DNA of 64,000 bases from Gammaproteobacteria bacterium (GTDB lineage: Bacteria > Pseudomonadota > Gammaproteobacteria > SURF-13). Shown here piece after piece: positions 22,766 through 33,427 of the stretch. Each line of letters starts with the position of its first letter. Within the stretch, counting starts at the first letter, position 1. Below the pieces are notes generated by a model that was not told where the DNA came from, ran no database searches, and worked only from the letters and a program-made list of their open reading frames with translations. Where the stretch lies: contig JBCKVB010000001.1 in NCBI GenBank assembly GCA_038924245.1, positions 9,798 through 73,797 on the forward strand. The letters are read 5' to 3'. A program made the position numbers and the translations under genes.

Positions 22766-24340
22766 TTAATCAGTTAATCGAATCAAGTTTGGATCCACGC
22801 TGGTGTGAAACGTCTCGCACAGCGCTTGCACGTTGGGATCCGCCGTTACCGCCCGCACGGCGGCCTGCTGGCGTTCGCCAAGCATGCGTGACTGTTGTTG
22901 CGCGGGAGTTTCCTGCCCTGAGCCGCCCACCTTGATCACCAGCTTCAGCGGCGCGCCGTAATGCTGTTGCAGCGCCTGTTGCAGGCGTTCCTCCAGATTT
23001 TTGGTGTGCAGCTTGGCGTGCGCGCTGTCCAGGGCGAGATGCAGCGCCTCCCCTTCGCGCTTGCTTAAGGTGCAGTGCAGGGCGAGCTCGCGCGCCATGC
23101 CGCTGAGCTTCAACGTAGCGACGGTGTTAGCCCAGTCATTATTTTCCGCGCCGCCCGAACGTTCCGCGACGACGGCTTGCGCCTTGCCCGATGGCGCAGC
23201 GGCAGCCGCGCTTTTCACAGCAGGCATGGAGCCCGTCTCTTTCGCGCCACCGCCTTCGACTGGACGAAACGCCAGCATGCGCAGCAGCGTCATTTCAAAA
23301 CCGCTGCGGATATCGGGCGCGAACGGCAGATCGCGCCGCCCGTTGACGCCGATCTGATAGTAAAGCTGCACGTCTTCCGGTGTCATGGCGTGGGCGAGCT
23401 TGAGCACCGCCTCACGATCTTCCTGGCTGTCATCCAGCGTCTGGGGCGCAACTTGCGCGAGCGCGGTACGTTGCAAGGTGCTGAGCATTTCCGCCAGCAC
23501 GCCGGTAAAATCCAGCGCGTGCTCGGCGAGCCTTTGCGTACACGCAAGCAACGCCTGCGCGTCGGACGCGGCCAGCGCGTCGAGCAGTTCGATCACGTGC
23601 GTCTGCTCAATGCTGCCCAGCATGGTGCGCACTTCGCCGGCGCGTACGGCCCCCGCGCCGTAGGCGATGGCCTGATCGAGCAGGCTTAACGCATCGCGCA
23701 GGCTGCCGTCCGCCGCGCGCGCGAGGGCGGACAGCGCCGCTGGCTCGCTCTCGATTTTCTCCGCGGTGAGAATATCGGCAAGACGTTGTTTAATAAGCTC
23801 GACCGGCAAGCGCTTGAGATTAAATTGCAGGCAACGTGAGAGTATGGTGACCGGCAACTTCTGCGGATCGGTGGTGGCGAGCAAAAACTTCACGTGCGGC
23901 GGCGGCTCTTCCAGGGTCTTGAGCAGCGCGTTGAAGCTGTGCACGGAGAGCATGTGCACTTCGTCTATGAGATACACCTTGTAGCGCCCGCGCGTCGGCG
24001 CGTATTGTACGTTTTCCAGCAATTCGCGCGTGTCCTCCACCTTGGTGCGCGAAGCGGCGTCCACCTCGATCAAGTCCACGAAGCGCCCCTCGTCTATCTC
24101 ACGGCACGCGCTGCACACGCCGCACGGGGTGGAGCTGACACCCTTCTCGCAATTGAGGGATTTGGCCAGCACGCGCGCCAGCGTGGTCTTGCCCACGCCG
24201 CGCGTGCCGGTAAACAGGAACGCGTGGTGCAGGCGGTCATTGTCGAGCGCGTTGATGAGCGCGCGCAGCACGTGTTCCTGCCCCACCACCTCGCCGAAGT
24301 TGCGCGGGCGCCATTTGCGCGCCAGTACCTGGTAACTCAT
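22766..24340 (-). CDS. dnaX: DNA polymerase III subunit gamma/tau
   Basis: 524 aa; Walker A GTRGVGKTT, box VII, zinc module CGVCSAC. Confidence 0.9.
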   Translation of the reverse strand: MSYQVLARKWRPRNFGEVVGQEHVLRALINALDNDRLHHAFLFTGTRGVGKTTLARVLAKSLNCEKGVSSTPCGVCSACREIDEGRFVDLIEVDAASRTKVEDTRELLENVQYAPTRGRYKVYLIDEVHMLSVHSFNALLKTLEEPPPHVKFLLATTDPQKLPVTILSRCLQFNLKRLPVELIKQRLADILTAEKIESEPAALSALARAADGSLRDALSLLDQAIAYGAGAVRAGEVRTMLGSIEQTHVIELLDALAASDAQALLACTQRLAEHALDFTGVLAEMLSTLQRTALAQVAPQTLDDSQEDREAVLKLAHAMTPEDVQLYYQIGVNGRRDLPFAPDIRSGFEMTLLRMLAFRPVEGGGAKETGSMPAVKSAAAAAPSGKAQAVVAERSGGAENNDWANTVATLKLSGMARELALHCTLSKREGEALHLALDSAHAKLHTKNLEERLQQALQQHYGAPLKLVIKVGGSGQETPAQQQSRMLGERQQAAVRAVTADPNVQALCETFHTSVDPNLIRLTD

Positions 24341-24427
24341 GGAAGGGTAATTTGACTCTGACGACCGGATTGCATGACAGCGATTTTACCCCACCAAGGC
24401 GAGAATGTCGCATCGGCTATAGGAAGG

Positions 24428-24540
24428 AGGCGGCCTGCACCGGCCCGACCCCGGCACACGGACGCGATTGCTGCCGCTGCTCCCTTCCGGGTCTGACGGG
24501 GTTCACAACCTGCCGTTGCGGGAGACCGGCACAGACCACC
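24428..24540 (-). ncRNA. ffs: Signal recognition particle RNA (4.5S RNA), small bacterial type
   Basis: Reverse complement GGTGGTCTGTGCCGGTCTCCCGCAACGG...GTCAGACCCGGAAGGGAGCAGC...GCGTCCGTGTGCCGGGG... contains the conserved domain IV motifs of E. coli 4.5S RNA; the 5' and 3' ends form a long G-U-rich helix. Confidence 0.8.
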
Positions 24541-24546
24541 ATAAAA

Positions 24547-24637
24547 TGGCGGAGAGGGCGGGATTCGAACCCGCGATACGGGGTTACCGTATACACGCTT
24601 TCCAGGCGTGCTCCTTCAGCCGCTCGGACACCTCTCC
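24547..24637 (-). tRNA. tRNA-Ser (anticodon GGA)
   Basis: Reverse complement GGAGAGGTGTCCGAGCGGCTGAAGGAGCACGCCTGGAAAGCGTG...long variable arm...GGTTCGAATCCCGCCCTCTCCGCCA. Confidence 0.85.
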
Positions 24638-24883
24638 AAATTATTTTGCTTCAGTTTCGGCCATCCCTGGCCAGACCAGGGATTTTTTAAAGCGTGCAAG
24701 GGTAAACTAGATAGGCTATATCCGCAATGACCACGCGCGCCGCGCTGCCAATTCGTGCGCCGTGTGCTATACTGTTCTGTTGATATATTGACGTACAGCG
24801 GTTCGCGGTTCAGCCCGTTACCCAGCACCCTGCTTGATCGGCGTTACTCCATAAAATTCTGAATTTACAGGACATTATACTCC

Positions 24884-25891
24884 ATGCACAACGGTACCAC
24901 GCTTACTCAGTTCATCATTGAAGAGCAACGCCAGATCGGCGCAAGCGGCGATTTCAGCTCACTGCTCAACGATATCGTGACGGCCTGCAAGGTGATCTCC
25001 AACGCGGTGCATAAAGGCGCGCTGATCGGCGTCCAGGGCAGCGCGGGCAGCGAGAACGTGCAGGGTGAGACGCAAAAGAAACTGGATATCATCACCAACG
25101 AAATCTTCATCAAGTCCAATGAATGGGCGGGGCACCTGGCCGCGATGGGCTCGGAGGAGATGGACGACATCTACCTCATCCCGCGCCAGTACCCGAAGGG
25201 CAAATACCTGCTGGTGTTCGACCCGCTGGACGGCTCGTCCAACATTGACGTCAACATTTCCGTGGGCACCATCTTCTCGATTCTGCGTTCGCCCAAGGGG
25301 CTGTCGCAGGAACCGGTCACCGCGCGCGATTTTCTGCAACCCGGCACGCGCCAGGTGTGCGCCGGCTACGCGGTCTACGGCCCCTCCACCATGCTGGTGC
25401 TGACCAGCGGTCACGGCGTGAACGGCTTCACGCTGGATCAGAACATCGGCGAGTTCATCCTCACCCACCCCAAGATGCGCATTCCGGAAGATTGCACGGA
25501 GTTCGCCATCAATGCCTCGAATGAGCGTTTTTGGGAAGCGCCGGTACAGCGCTATGTGGACGAATGCCTGGCCGGTGCGGAAGGCCCGCGCAAGAAAAAT
25601 TTCAACATGCGCTGGATCGCCTCGATGGTGGCCGAGGTGCATCGCATCCTGATCCGCGGCGGCGTGTTCATGTACCCCAAGGACACCAAAGACCCCGGCA
25701 AGGCGGGCAAGCTGCGCCTGATGTATGAAGCCAACCCAATGTCGTTCATCGTCGAGCAGGCGGGCGGCGTGAGCTCCACGGGGCGCGAGCGCATCATGGA
25801 AATAACGCCCGCGGACTTACATCAGCGCGTGCCGGTGATTCTGGGCTCGAAGAACGAAGTGAACCGCATTATTTCCTATCACGGCGAGTAA
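24884..25891 (+). CDS. fbp: Fructose-1,6-bisphosphatase class 1
   Basis: 335 aa; ...[17 protein letters not shown]...GTIFSIL... FBPase I motifs. Confidence 0.95.
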   Translation: MHNGTTLTQFIIEEQRQIGASGDFSSLLNDIVTACKVISNAVHKGALIGVQGSAGSENVQGETQKKLDIITNEIFIKSNEWAGHLAAMGSEEMDDIYLIPRQYPKGKYLLVFDPLDGSSNIDVNISVGTIFSILRSPKGLSQEPVTARDFLQPGTRQVCAGYAVYGPSTMLVLTSGHGVNGFTLDQNIGEFILTHPKMRIPEDCTEFAINASNERFWEAPVQRYVDECLAGAEGPRKKNFNMRWIASMVAEVHRILIRGGVFMYPKDTKDPGKAGKLRLMYEANPMSFIVEQAGGVSSTGRERIMEITPADLHQRVPVILGSKNEVNRIISYHGE

Positions 25892-26056
25892 CCCAAGGTA
25901 AGCGAGGGTGAGCCGCGAAGCGGCGAACGCCAGCACAGGGATGTGCTGGCAGGTGTCGAACAACCTCATTGAAGTAACGCCATGGAGGGCGCAAGTACAG
26001 TAATTAAAGGTTAAGGGGAGGTGTCCGAGCGGCGGCGTAGTCATAGATAGCGCCAG

Positions 26057-26770
26057 TCAGGGTATCTGCGCCGCATACATGCGCGCCTGAATCATCGCTG
26101 TTTTGCGCTCCAGCCAGGGCGTGTTGCGGTGCTTGTCGTAAAAGCGCGGCTTGGGCGTCATGGCGGCGAGACGCGCGGCCTGATAGGAGTTCAACGCGGC
26201 GGCGCTCACGCCGAAATAGTGCCGCGCGGCGGCCTCCGCGCCGAATACGCCATCGCCCCACTCGACCATATTCAGGTAAATTTCCAGGATCCGGCGCTTG
26301 CTCATCATCCGCTCCAGCATCAGCGTGATGACGGCCTCCTGCCCCTTGCGCAGCATGCTACGTTCGCCGGACAAAAATAGGTTTTTCGCCAACTGCTGGC
26401 TGATGGTCGAGCCGCCCGCCACCACTTTCCCCTTTTTTAGATTCTTCTCGTAGGCTTCCTGGATACCTTCCCAATCGAAGCCTTCGTGCTCGGTGAATTT
26501 GGCGTCTTCCGCCGCGATCATGGCGCGTTTCAAATGGATGGAGATGCGCTCATAGGGAATCCAGCGGTGCCTGAGCGAGGCAAAGGGATTCCGCTCTTGC
26601 GCGGCCTCAAGACGCCGCTCCATGAATGAGCTTTGCGCCGGATCATGATCCACCCAATACCAGATGTGCGCGAATATCCACATCTGGTACACGAGCACAC
26701 CCGCGCACAGCAGCAGCACGGCGCGCCACAGCCAGCGCCAACCCGTTTTTACCCACGCTTGCACGAGCAA
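26057..26770 (-). CDS. mtgA: Monofunctional biosynthetic peptidoglycan transglycosylase
   Basis: 237 aa; N-terminal TM helix plus GT51 motifs EDAKFTEHEGFDWEGI...GGSTISQQLAKN. Confidence 0.9.
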   Translation of the reverse strand: MLVQAWVKTGWRWLWRAVLLLCAGVLVYQMWIFAHIWYWVDHDPAQSSFMERRLEAAQERNPFASLRHRWIPYERISIHLKRAMIAAEDAKFTEHEGFDWEGIQEAYEKNLKKGKVVAGGSTISQQLAKNLFLSGERSMLRKGQEAVITLMLERMMSKRRILEIYLNMVEWGDGVFGAEAAARHYFGVSAAALNSYQAARLAAMTPKPRFYDKHRNTPWLERKTAMIQARMYAAQIP

Positions 26771-26792
26771 AAGGCGTCAGCAAAGAATTCTG

Positions 26793-27077
26793 TTACTTTA
26801 TCTTCACAACGGAGGGAGTGGCGTCCTTGGCGCAGGTCTCCGGCGCCTTTTTGCCGGTTTGCAGGTAGTTGTATTCAATCAATTGCAATTTGCCGTCGCA
26901 GTTCTTGTCCAATTGCTCGAACACCTTGGTCAATGGCCGCCAAGCCTCCGCTTCCTTGGGGCTGATGGTCTTATCACGGTTGGCGTCCATCTGTTCAAAC
27001 GGCGGCGCCGCCAAAGCAGGCGCAACCGAAGCGGCAAACAGGACTGCAAGGCAGGTGTTCAACAGGGATTTCTTCAT
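26793..27077 (-). CDS. Secreted EF-hand domain protein (two calcium-binding loops)
   Basis: 94 aa; signal peptide MKKSLLNTCLAVLFAASVAPALA; loops DANRDKTISPKE and DKNCDGKLQLIEY. Confidence 0.7.
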   Translation of the reverse strand: MKKSLLNTCLAVLFAASVAPALAAPPFEQMDANRDKTISPKEAEAWRPLTKVFEQLDKNCDGKLQLIEYNYLQTGKKAPETCAKDATPSVVKIK

Positions 27078-27122
27078 GGTATCTCCTTCAGATATATTTT
27101 ATGGCATGTATACGCCGGTGCA

Positions 27123-27907
27123 TCAGGTTTTTTCCGGGGACGCGGACAAGCTCACTGTGATGACCCCGGTCAGGATGACCGCCATGCCCATGAGTTGCAT
27201 TCCGGTCAGTGCTTCATCCAGCAACCACCGGCCGAGCAACACCGCGACGGCGGGATTCACGTAGGCGTAAGTGCCCAAGTGCGCCGGTACGACATTGTGC
27301 AGCAGCCAGATGTGGGACGCAAACCCCAGCGTGCCGAACACGATGAGATAGGTGAGCGCGCTCATGCCCTGCAAACTCCACACCCATGCGCCAGTCTCGC
27401 CACCGATCAGGCTGATGCCGCACAGGAACAAGCCACCGGTCAGCATCTGCATGGCGGCGGACATGAGCGGCGGCGTGGTCTGGGGTTGGCGCTTGCCGTA
27501 GATCGAACCCACCGACCAGAGCAGTGCCGCCAGCAAAATGCTCAGTTGACCGCCGAAGTGATCGAGTAAAAATGGTGCGCCATTGGGCAACAGCAGCAAC
27601 GCCACGCCGAGAAACCCCAGGGACAGGCCGACACTGCCTGCCGGGTAAGCGCCTGACCTTGCGCGCCGAGCGTGCCGAAGCCGGCCAGCCACAACGCGGT
27701 GGTGGCCACCAGCAACGCCGCCTGATTGGAAGGCACCCACTGCTCGCCCACCACCACCAAACCGTTGCCGCCCGCGAGCAACAATATCCCCATGATGATA
27801 ATCAAACGCCATTCACGCGGCGAATCCGGAAACGGTTGACCGCTCGCCCGCGCCAGCGCCCCCAACAGCAGGCCGGAAATGACAAAGCGCACGCCGGCGA
27901 ACAACAT
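27123..27907 (-). pseudogene. EamA/DMT-family transporter, apparently frameshifted near 27640-27670 and possibly N-terminally short
   Basis: Two overlapping minus-strand ORFs (27542-27907 and 27123-27812) each encode multi-TM EamA-like segments (…VISGLLLGALA…LLLAGGNGLVVVGEQWVP… / …LWSVGSIYGKR…VFGTLGFASHIWLL…). Confidence 0.55.
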
Positions 27908-27977
27908 ACAGTGTTAAAAAGGCGAGCGCTATTTTGTAGCGCTGGCCCGAATCAAACATGAGAATTTCTTGGAATGC

Positions 27978-29207
27978 TTATATGGACTGGCGATGGCCGT
28001 CCGGCTTCCAACTGGGGGCGATGACGTTGGGCATGGCGGAACGCTTGAGCAGGCGCGCTGGAGTCAAGGCAAACTCGCCGTAGCGCCGGTTCACCTGATC
28101 CATGACGCGCTCCACCGCCTGTTGTTTTTGATCCGTGCGGCCGAATAAATCCTGCTGCCCGGCGGGTTGCGGAACGAGCGCGGTGACCTGCACCTGAAAT
28201 ACAGGCTGCTCGCGCCAGACTTGCCGCATCATGTCACAACAAAGCCGGTAAATGGCGCGGCCTTCATTATCGGCTGTGGCCATGGAAAACGTGCCGCCGA
28301 TCCAGCCGTGCGCCACGCGCAGGCCGATGAAAAAACGCCGCGCGACAAGTTCGTGACGGCGCAGGCGCGCGCCCACTTTCTCGCTCATGTGCAGAAAATA
28401 GGTCAGCAGGACTTCCTTGTCGCGCGTGCCGGGCGGCGGCACCTTGCCGTGGCCGAGCGATTTCGGCGCGGCGACATCGGCACACACCTTGTCCGGGTCT
28501 GCGCCGCGGCACATGAGCCAGATGTGCCGCCCCATATTGCCGAAGCGCCGCGCCAGCACGCTCACCGGCAGCCGCGCCACGTCGCCGCAGGTGTGCGCGC
28601 CGTGCGCGGCGAGATAACCCCCGATGCCCTCGGCGACGCCGGACAACACCGTGACCGGCTCGTGTTCCAGACGCGCGCGCATCTCCCACGGAGGAATCAC
28701 CACAAAGCCGTCGGGCTTCATGAGGTTGGCGGCGAACTTGGCGCTGCACTTGTCGCCACTGACCCCCACGGAACAAGACAGGCCGCTCACCGCCCGCACC
28801 TGATCCGCGACCATGCGCCCCATGCGTTCGGGCGTACCGTGCAGGCTTTGGCAGTGCGTCACATCGAGAAACGCCTCGTCCACCGAGAAGACTTCGATGT
28901 CCGGACTCACATCACACAGCGACGCCATGATGGCCGTCGAGACCCGCGCGTAAACTTCAGGCCGCGCGGGGCGTTGGATAACAGCGGGACATAACTTGCG
29001 TGCTTCTTTAAGACGCATGCCGGTATGCACACCGAACGCGCGCGCCTCATAGGAACAGGTGATGATGGTCGTGCCCTGCTCGCCATTGGTCACCGCAACC
29101 GGCTTGCCGCGCAGCTCGGGGAAATCGCGCTGCTCCACCGACGCGAAGAAGGCATTCATGTCCACATGAATGATGGCGCGCGGCCAGAAGCCAGTATGAC
29201 CGTGCAT
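27978..29207 (-). CDS. dinB: Y-family DNA polymerase (DinB/Pol IV-like) with a C-terminal extension
   Basis: 409 aa; IIHVDMNAFFASVEQRDFPELRGKPVAV...SVDEAFLDVT catalytic motifs. Confidence 0.8.
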   Translation of the reverse strand: MHGHTGFWPRAIIHVDMNAFFASVEQRDFPELRGKPVAVTNGEQGTTIITCSYEARAFGVHTGMRLKEARKLCPAVIQRPARPEVYARVSTAIMASLCDVSPDIEVFSVDEAFLDVTHCQSLHGTPERMGRMVADQVRAVSGLSCSVGVSGDKCSAKFAANLMKPDGFVVIPPWEMRARLEHEPVTVLSGVAEGIGGYLAAHGAHTCGDVARLPVSVLARRFGNMGRHIWLMCRGADPDKVCADVAAPKSLGHGKVPPPGTRDKEVLLTYFLHMSEKVGARLRRHELVARRFFIGLRVAHGWIGGTFSMATADNEGRAIYRLCCDMMRQVWREQPVFQVQVTALVPQPAGQQDLFGRTDQKQQAVERVMDQVNRRYGEFALTPARLLKRSAMPNVIAPSWKPDGHRQSI

Positions 29208-29215
29208 CGTCGCCG

Positions 29216-30841
29216 CTAACCCGTGCGCGCCTCCAGGCGCTGCTTGTCCGGTTCCACGCCCTGGCTGCGCAGATAATCGTCGTAGCCGCCGCTGAAGTTG
29301 GCCACGCCTTGCGGCGTCAACTCGATGATGCGCGTGGCGAGCGACGAGACGAATTCGCGGTCGTGACTGACGAAAATCAAGGTGCCGGGATAGTTTTCCA
29401 GCGCGCCGTTGAGCGACTCGATGGATTCCATATCCAGGTGATTGGTGGGTTCGTCCATGACCAGCACATTGGGCTGTTGCAACATCAGTTTGCCGAACAG
29501 CATGCGCCCCTGTTCACCGCCGGAGATGATGTTGACTGACTTATTGATCTCATCCTGGGAAAACAGCAGCCGCCCCAGCACCGCGCGTACCGCCTGCTCA
29601 TCGTCGCGCTCTTTCTTCCACTGGCTCATCCAGTTGAATAAATTCATGCCGATGGCAAAGTCGGCCGCATGATCTTGCGCGAAGTAGCCTATTTTCACAT
29701 TCTCGGACCACTTGATCATGCCGCTGTCCGGCTTCAATTCACCCACCAGGGTACGCAGCAGGGTGGTCTTGCCGATGCCGTTGGGGCCGATCACGGCGAC
29801 GCGCTCACCCGCCTCAATCATCAGATTGAGATTGCGGAACAACGGCGTTTCGCCATAGCCCTTGACAAGACGGCGCACTTCCAGCGCCAGACGATAGAGT
29901 TTTTTCTCCTGCTCGAAGCGGATAAACGGATTGGCGCGGCTCGACAGCTTCACTTCCGCCAGCTCAATCTTGTCTATCTGCCGCGCGCGCGAAGTGGCCT
30001 GCTTGGCCTTGGAGGCATTGGCGGAGAAGCGGCTGACGAAGGTCTGTAATTCGGCGATCTGCGCCTTTTTCTTGGCGTTGCCGGACAATAGCTGTTCGCG
30101 CACCAGCGTGGCGGCGGTCATGTATTCGTCGTAGTTACCCGGATAGACGCGCAGCTCGGCGTAATCCAGGTCGGCCATGTGCGTGCACACGCGATTCAGA
30201 AAGTGGCGGTCGTGAGAAATAATCACCATCGTGCTGTTGCGCGCGTTAAGCGTATCCTCCAGCCAGCGGATGGAGTTGATGTCGAGGTTATTGGTGGGCT
30301 CGTCCAGCAGCAGGATGTCCGGGTCGGCGAACAAGGCCTGCGCCAGCAGCACGCGCAGCTTCCAGCCCGGCGCCACCGCGCTCATCGGGCCATTATGCTG
30401 TTCCAGCGGGATACCGGCGCCCATCAGCAACTCACCGGCACGCGCCTCGGCGGTGTAGCCATCCAGTTCGGCGAACTCGTGTTCCAGATCAGCCGCCTGC
30501 ATGCCGTCTTCCTCGCTCATTTCCGCGAGCGAGTAAATGCGGTCGCGCTCCTGCTTTACGCGCCACAGTCCGGTATGGCCCATGATGACCGTATCCAGCA
30601 CCGTGTAATCCTCGAACGCGAACTGATCCTGGTGCAGCTTGCCGAGACGCTCGTTGGCGTCAACGGAGACGTTGCCCGACGTCGGCTCCAGGTCGCCGCC
30701 GAGGATTTTCATCAGCGTGGACTTGCCGCAACCGTTTGCGCCGATCAAACCGTAGCGGTTCCCGTTGCCGAATTTGACCGAGATATTCTCGAACAGGGGC
30801 TTGGCCCCGAACTGCATAGTAATATTGGCTGTAGAAATCAA
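29216..30841 (-). CDS. ybiT: ABC-F family ATPase (YbiT-like, translation-associated)
   Basis: 541 aa; two ABC cassettes (GANGCGKST...LSGGE... / GPNGIGKTT...); no TM domain; N-terminus near-identical in pattern to E. coli YbiT. Confidence 0.8.
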   Translation of the reverse strand: MISTANITMQFGAKPLFENISVKFGNGNRYGLIGANGCGKSTLMKILGGDLEPTSGNVSVDANERLGKLHQDQFAFEDYTVLDTVIMGHTGLWRVKQERDRIYSLAEMSEEDGMQAADLEHEFAELDGYTAEARAGELLMGAGIPLEQHNGPMSAVAPGWKLRVLLAQALFADPDILLLDEPTNNLDINSIRWLEDTLNARNSTMVIISHDRHFLNRVCTHMADLDYAELRVYPGNYDEYMTAATLVREQLLSGNAKKKAQIAELQTFVSRFSANASKAKQATSRARQIDKIELAEVKLSSRANPFIRFEQEKKLYRLALEVRRLVKGYGETPLFRNLNLMIEAGERVAVIGPNGIGKTTLLRTLVGELKPDSGMIKWSENVKIGYFAQDHAADFAIGMNLFNWMSQWKKERDDEQAVRAVLGRLLFSQDEINKSVNIISGGEQGRMLFGKLMLQQPNVLVMDEPTNHLDMESIESLNGALENYPGTLIFVSHDREFVSSLATRIIELTPQGVANFSGGYDDYLRSQGVEPDKQRLEARTG

Positions 30842-31011
30842 GAGATTGTTCCAGAAAATGAAGTTACCAAGGAGAAGGTGAGGATGAGGGGGTGCCCTGC
30901 AATGGGTGTATTATCTCATAATTCATCCCCACACCGCGAACCGCCGGAGAACATCGGGCATGACCGCATGAGCAGAGTATTGAACGTAAGCTGAAACAGT
31001 GACTAAAAGTG

Positions 31012-32307
31012 CTACGGGAGCCTTCTAAGGCGAAACAGACCCTGGGTGTCACTATCGCTGGTGAAATACAGCGCGCCATCCGGCCCGATGGCCACACCCA
31101 CGGGCCGCGCCCAGCGTTCACCGTCCTGCATCTGAAAACCGCTGACCAGATCATCCACCCGCTGCACCCGACCCTCCTTAAACCGCACGGCGACGATCTT
31201 CGGCGGACGCCGGGTGGACGCCGCACCGAAGAAATCGCCGCCGGGCTGAGTCCCCCATGAACCGCGCAGCGCCACGATGGCAGCGCCCTCAAGTGCCTTG
31301 TCCATCGCGCCTTGCGGCACAAAGATCACGCCCATCGGCGAATTGCGCGCCGGGAAGGTCGCCACCGGCGCCACCACAGCCTCAAGCGGCCGCGGCGGAG
31401 AGCGCTTGATGCAATCATCGCGCCGGATGCGCTGACCATCGTATTGAAACCAGGGCATGCCATGAAATGACCCGGCATCAATCCGGCTGAAATACTCCGG
31501 CGGCTGCTCATAGCCCAGATGATCGGGGCCGTTATTGCTCGCGTACAACACGCCGGTGTCCGGCTGCCAGGCAAACCCCACGGCGTTGCGCAGCCCCGAG
31601 GCATAAGTTTCCCAACGCGGCTCCGCGCCCCCCCTCGCTTCGCTCACCCCATCCCCCTCACGCAACACCAGGATGCCGCCCCGGCGATCTTCAAATGGAT
31701 ACGGCTTACCCAGATATTGATCGCTGCAGTTACCGCTGATGCCGAGGCTCGCGTACACCCGGCCATCCGGCCCAACACCCACAGTGCGGCTATTGTGCCC
31801 GCCACCGCCGGGCAAGGCCGCCAGCAGTTTCACCGCAGCGGGCGCAAGCTTTCTCTGACCGGGCTTATAAGGCGCGCGGTACACGCCATCGGTGCGGGCA
31901 ATGAGGATTTCGTTGCTCCGGAACGCGACACTGTGCGGATAACCGCCCAGCGCGACCAAGACCTCCGGCGCGGTATAAGGCGGCGGCAGGCGGTACACGT
32001 TGCCGGACTTGGAGCCGATGAACAGATCGCCGTTGCCGGAAAAGGTTAACAAGCGCGGGCCATCCAACGCATCGGTCAAAAGCTCAAGCTGATAACCCTG
32101 CGGCACCCGCGCGCCCCGGCGCTCGCCGTCAAGGGTAACAGCCTGATCCTGATAGGTCAGCGCTTCAGTCGCCGCCTGCGCGAACGCCGCGGCACAACAG
32201 CAGAGAAATAAAAAGGCTGTTTTAAACACGAGGGGTTTCTCCGCTGGGGTTACCTTAATCAATAAACAGCATACTCCAACCCTTTTCATTTCAGTAGGTC
32301 GGATCAA
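31012..32307 (-). CDS. PQQ-dependent soluble sugar (glucose/sorbosone) dehydrogenase, beta-propeller; true start probably downstream of 32307
   Basis: 431-aa ORF; signal-peptide-like LFLCCCAAAFAQA; GSDH-family motifs ...GPDGRVYAS...LYASNNGPDH...GPDGALYFTSD. Confidence 0.75.
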   Translation of the reverse strand: MIRPTEMKRVGVCCLLIKVTPAEKPLVFKTAFLFLCCCAAAFAQAATEALTYQDQAVTLDGERRGARVPQGYQLELLTDALDGPRLLTFSGNGDLFIGSKSGNVYRLPPPYTAPEVLVALGGYPHSVAFRSNEILIARTDGVYRAPYKPGQRKLAPAAVKLLAALPGGGGHNSRTVGVGPDGRVYASLGISGNCSDQYLGKPYPFEDRRGGILVLREGDGVSEARGGAEPRWETYASGLRNAVGFAWQPDTGVLYASNNGPDHLGYEQPPEYFSRIDAGSFHGMPWFQYDGQRIRRDDCIKRSPPRPLEAVVAPVATFPARNSPMGVIFVPQGAMDKALEGAAIVALRGSWGTQPGGDFFGAASTRRPPKIVAVRFKEGRVQRVDDLVSGFQMQDGERWARPVGVAIGPDGALYFTSDSDTQGLFRLRRLP

Positions 32308-32411
32308 GCGTAGCGGATCCGACGTACAATGTCGGGACCGGCGCTATGCGCCTTGACCCGACCTACTTGCCAAGTGTTGTATCTCGGCACGGCAACAACA
32401 AAAGTGACTCT

Positions 32412-32969
32412 ATGGCCCTTAAAGCAACCATTTTCAAAGCCGAACTGCAAATCGCCGACATGGACCGTCACTACTACCACGACCATGCCCTCACCCTCGC
32501 CCGCCACTCATCGGAAACCGACGAGCGCATGATGGTGCGCTTATTGGCCTTTGCCCTGCACGCCCATGAGGCATTGGCATTTGGCAAAGGGCTGAGCGCC
32601 GACGACGAGCCCGATCTCTGGCAAAAGGATTTAACTGGCGTCATCGAAACCTGGATAGACGTAGGCCAACCCGACGAAAAACGCATCCGCAAAGCCTGCG
32701 GCCGCGCCAACCAGGTATTCATCTACACCTATGGCGGCCGCAGCGCCGACATCTGGTGGGAACAAAACAGCGGCAACCTCGAACGGATCAAAAATCTGAC
32801 CGTGATGAACCTGCCACTGGACACCAGCCGAGCCTTAGCGAAGCTGGCGCGGCTCAAGATGCAGTTACATTGCACCGTTCAGGATGGACAGATTTGGCTG
32901 GCCGATAACGATGACCGGGTGCAGATCGAACTGGCGACGGTAAAAACCCCATCGGCCTCTCTTCGCTGA
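32412..32969 (+). CDS. yaeQ: YaeQ family protein
   Basis: MALKATIFKAELQIADMDRHYYHDHALTLARHSSETDERMMVRLLAFAL... closely parallels E. coli YaeQ. Confidence 0.85.
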   Translation: MALKATIFKAELQIADMDRHYYHDHALTLARHSSETDERMMVRLLAFALHAHEALAFGKGLSADDEPDLWQKDLTGVIETWIDVGQPDEKRIRKACGRANQVFIYTYGGRSADIWWEQNSGNLERIKNLTVMNLPLDTSRALAKLARLKMQLHCTVQDGQIWLADNDDRVQIELATVKTPSASLR

Positions 32970-33078
32970 CGCGGCCTCAAGGCGGCGGATGATAAAATGC
33001 CAAAAGGTAAGACGCGCCCCTTTTTTATTTCTCGAACGCACCTTGTAAATATGTCAATTTGGACATATACTTAGACCA

Positions 33079-33411
33079 ATGAGTAGGCAGAGCAAGCCGT
33101 TGGTGTGGCTGCATGGCGAAGTCAAAACGCCACCTTTTTCCGCCGCCGCAAGAATTGAAGTGGGTGTTTTAATGCGACGCCTTCAAGAGGGTGCCAATAT
33201 ATCGCTGCCGCATGCAAGGCCAATACCCACCATCGGCCGCGGTTGTCATGAATTAAGAATCCCCGACGAAAATCGCACTTGGCGCATTGTGTACTACGTT
33301 GATACGGTAGCCATCGTCATTCTTGATGTGTTTGCCAAAACGACAAGCCAAACGCCTCAGACGGTAATTGACGTTTGCAAGGCGAGACTGAAACGCTATA
33401 AATCAATTTAG
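33079..33411 (+). CDS. higB: HigB-like type II toxin (Gp49/DUF891, RelE/ParE superfamily)
   Basis: 110 aa; KPLVWLHGEVKTPPFSAAARIEVGVLMRRLQEGANISLPHARPIPTIGRGCHELRIPDENRTWRIVYYV...VFAKTTSQTPQ... Confidence 0.75.
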   Translation: MSRQSKPLVWLHGEVKTPPFSAAARIEVGVLMRRLQEGANISLPHARPIPTIGRGCHELRIPDENRTWRIVYYVDTVAIVILDVFAKTTSQTPQTVIDVCKARLKRYKSI

Positions 33412-33427
33412 CATGAGGGTAAATGTC

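Noticed and set aside
24352-24710. Two plus-strand ORFs (112 and 80 aa) predicted across the dnaX upstream region
   Set aside because: The region encodes 4.5S RNA and tRNA-Ser on the minus strand; the ORFs are artefacts of the structured-RNA sequence.
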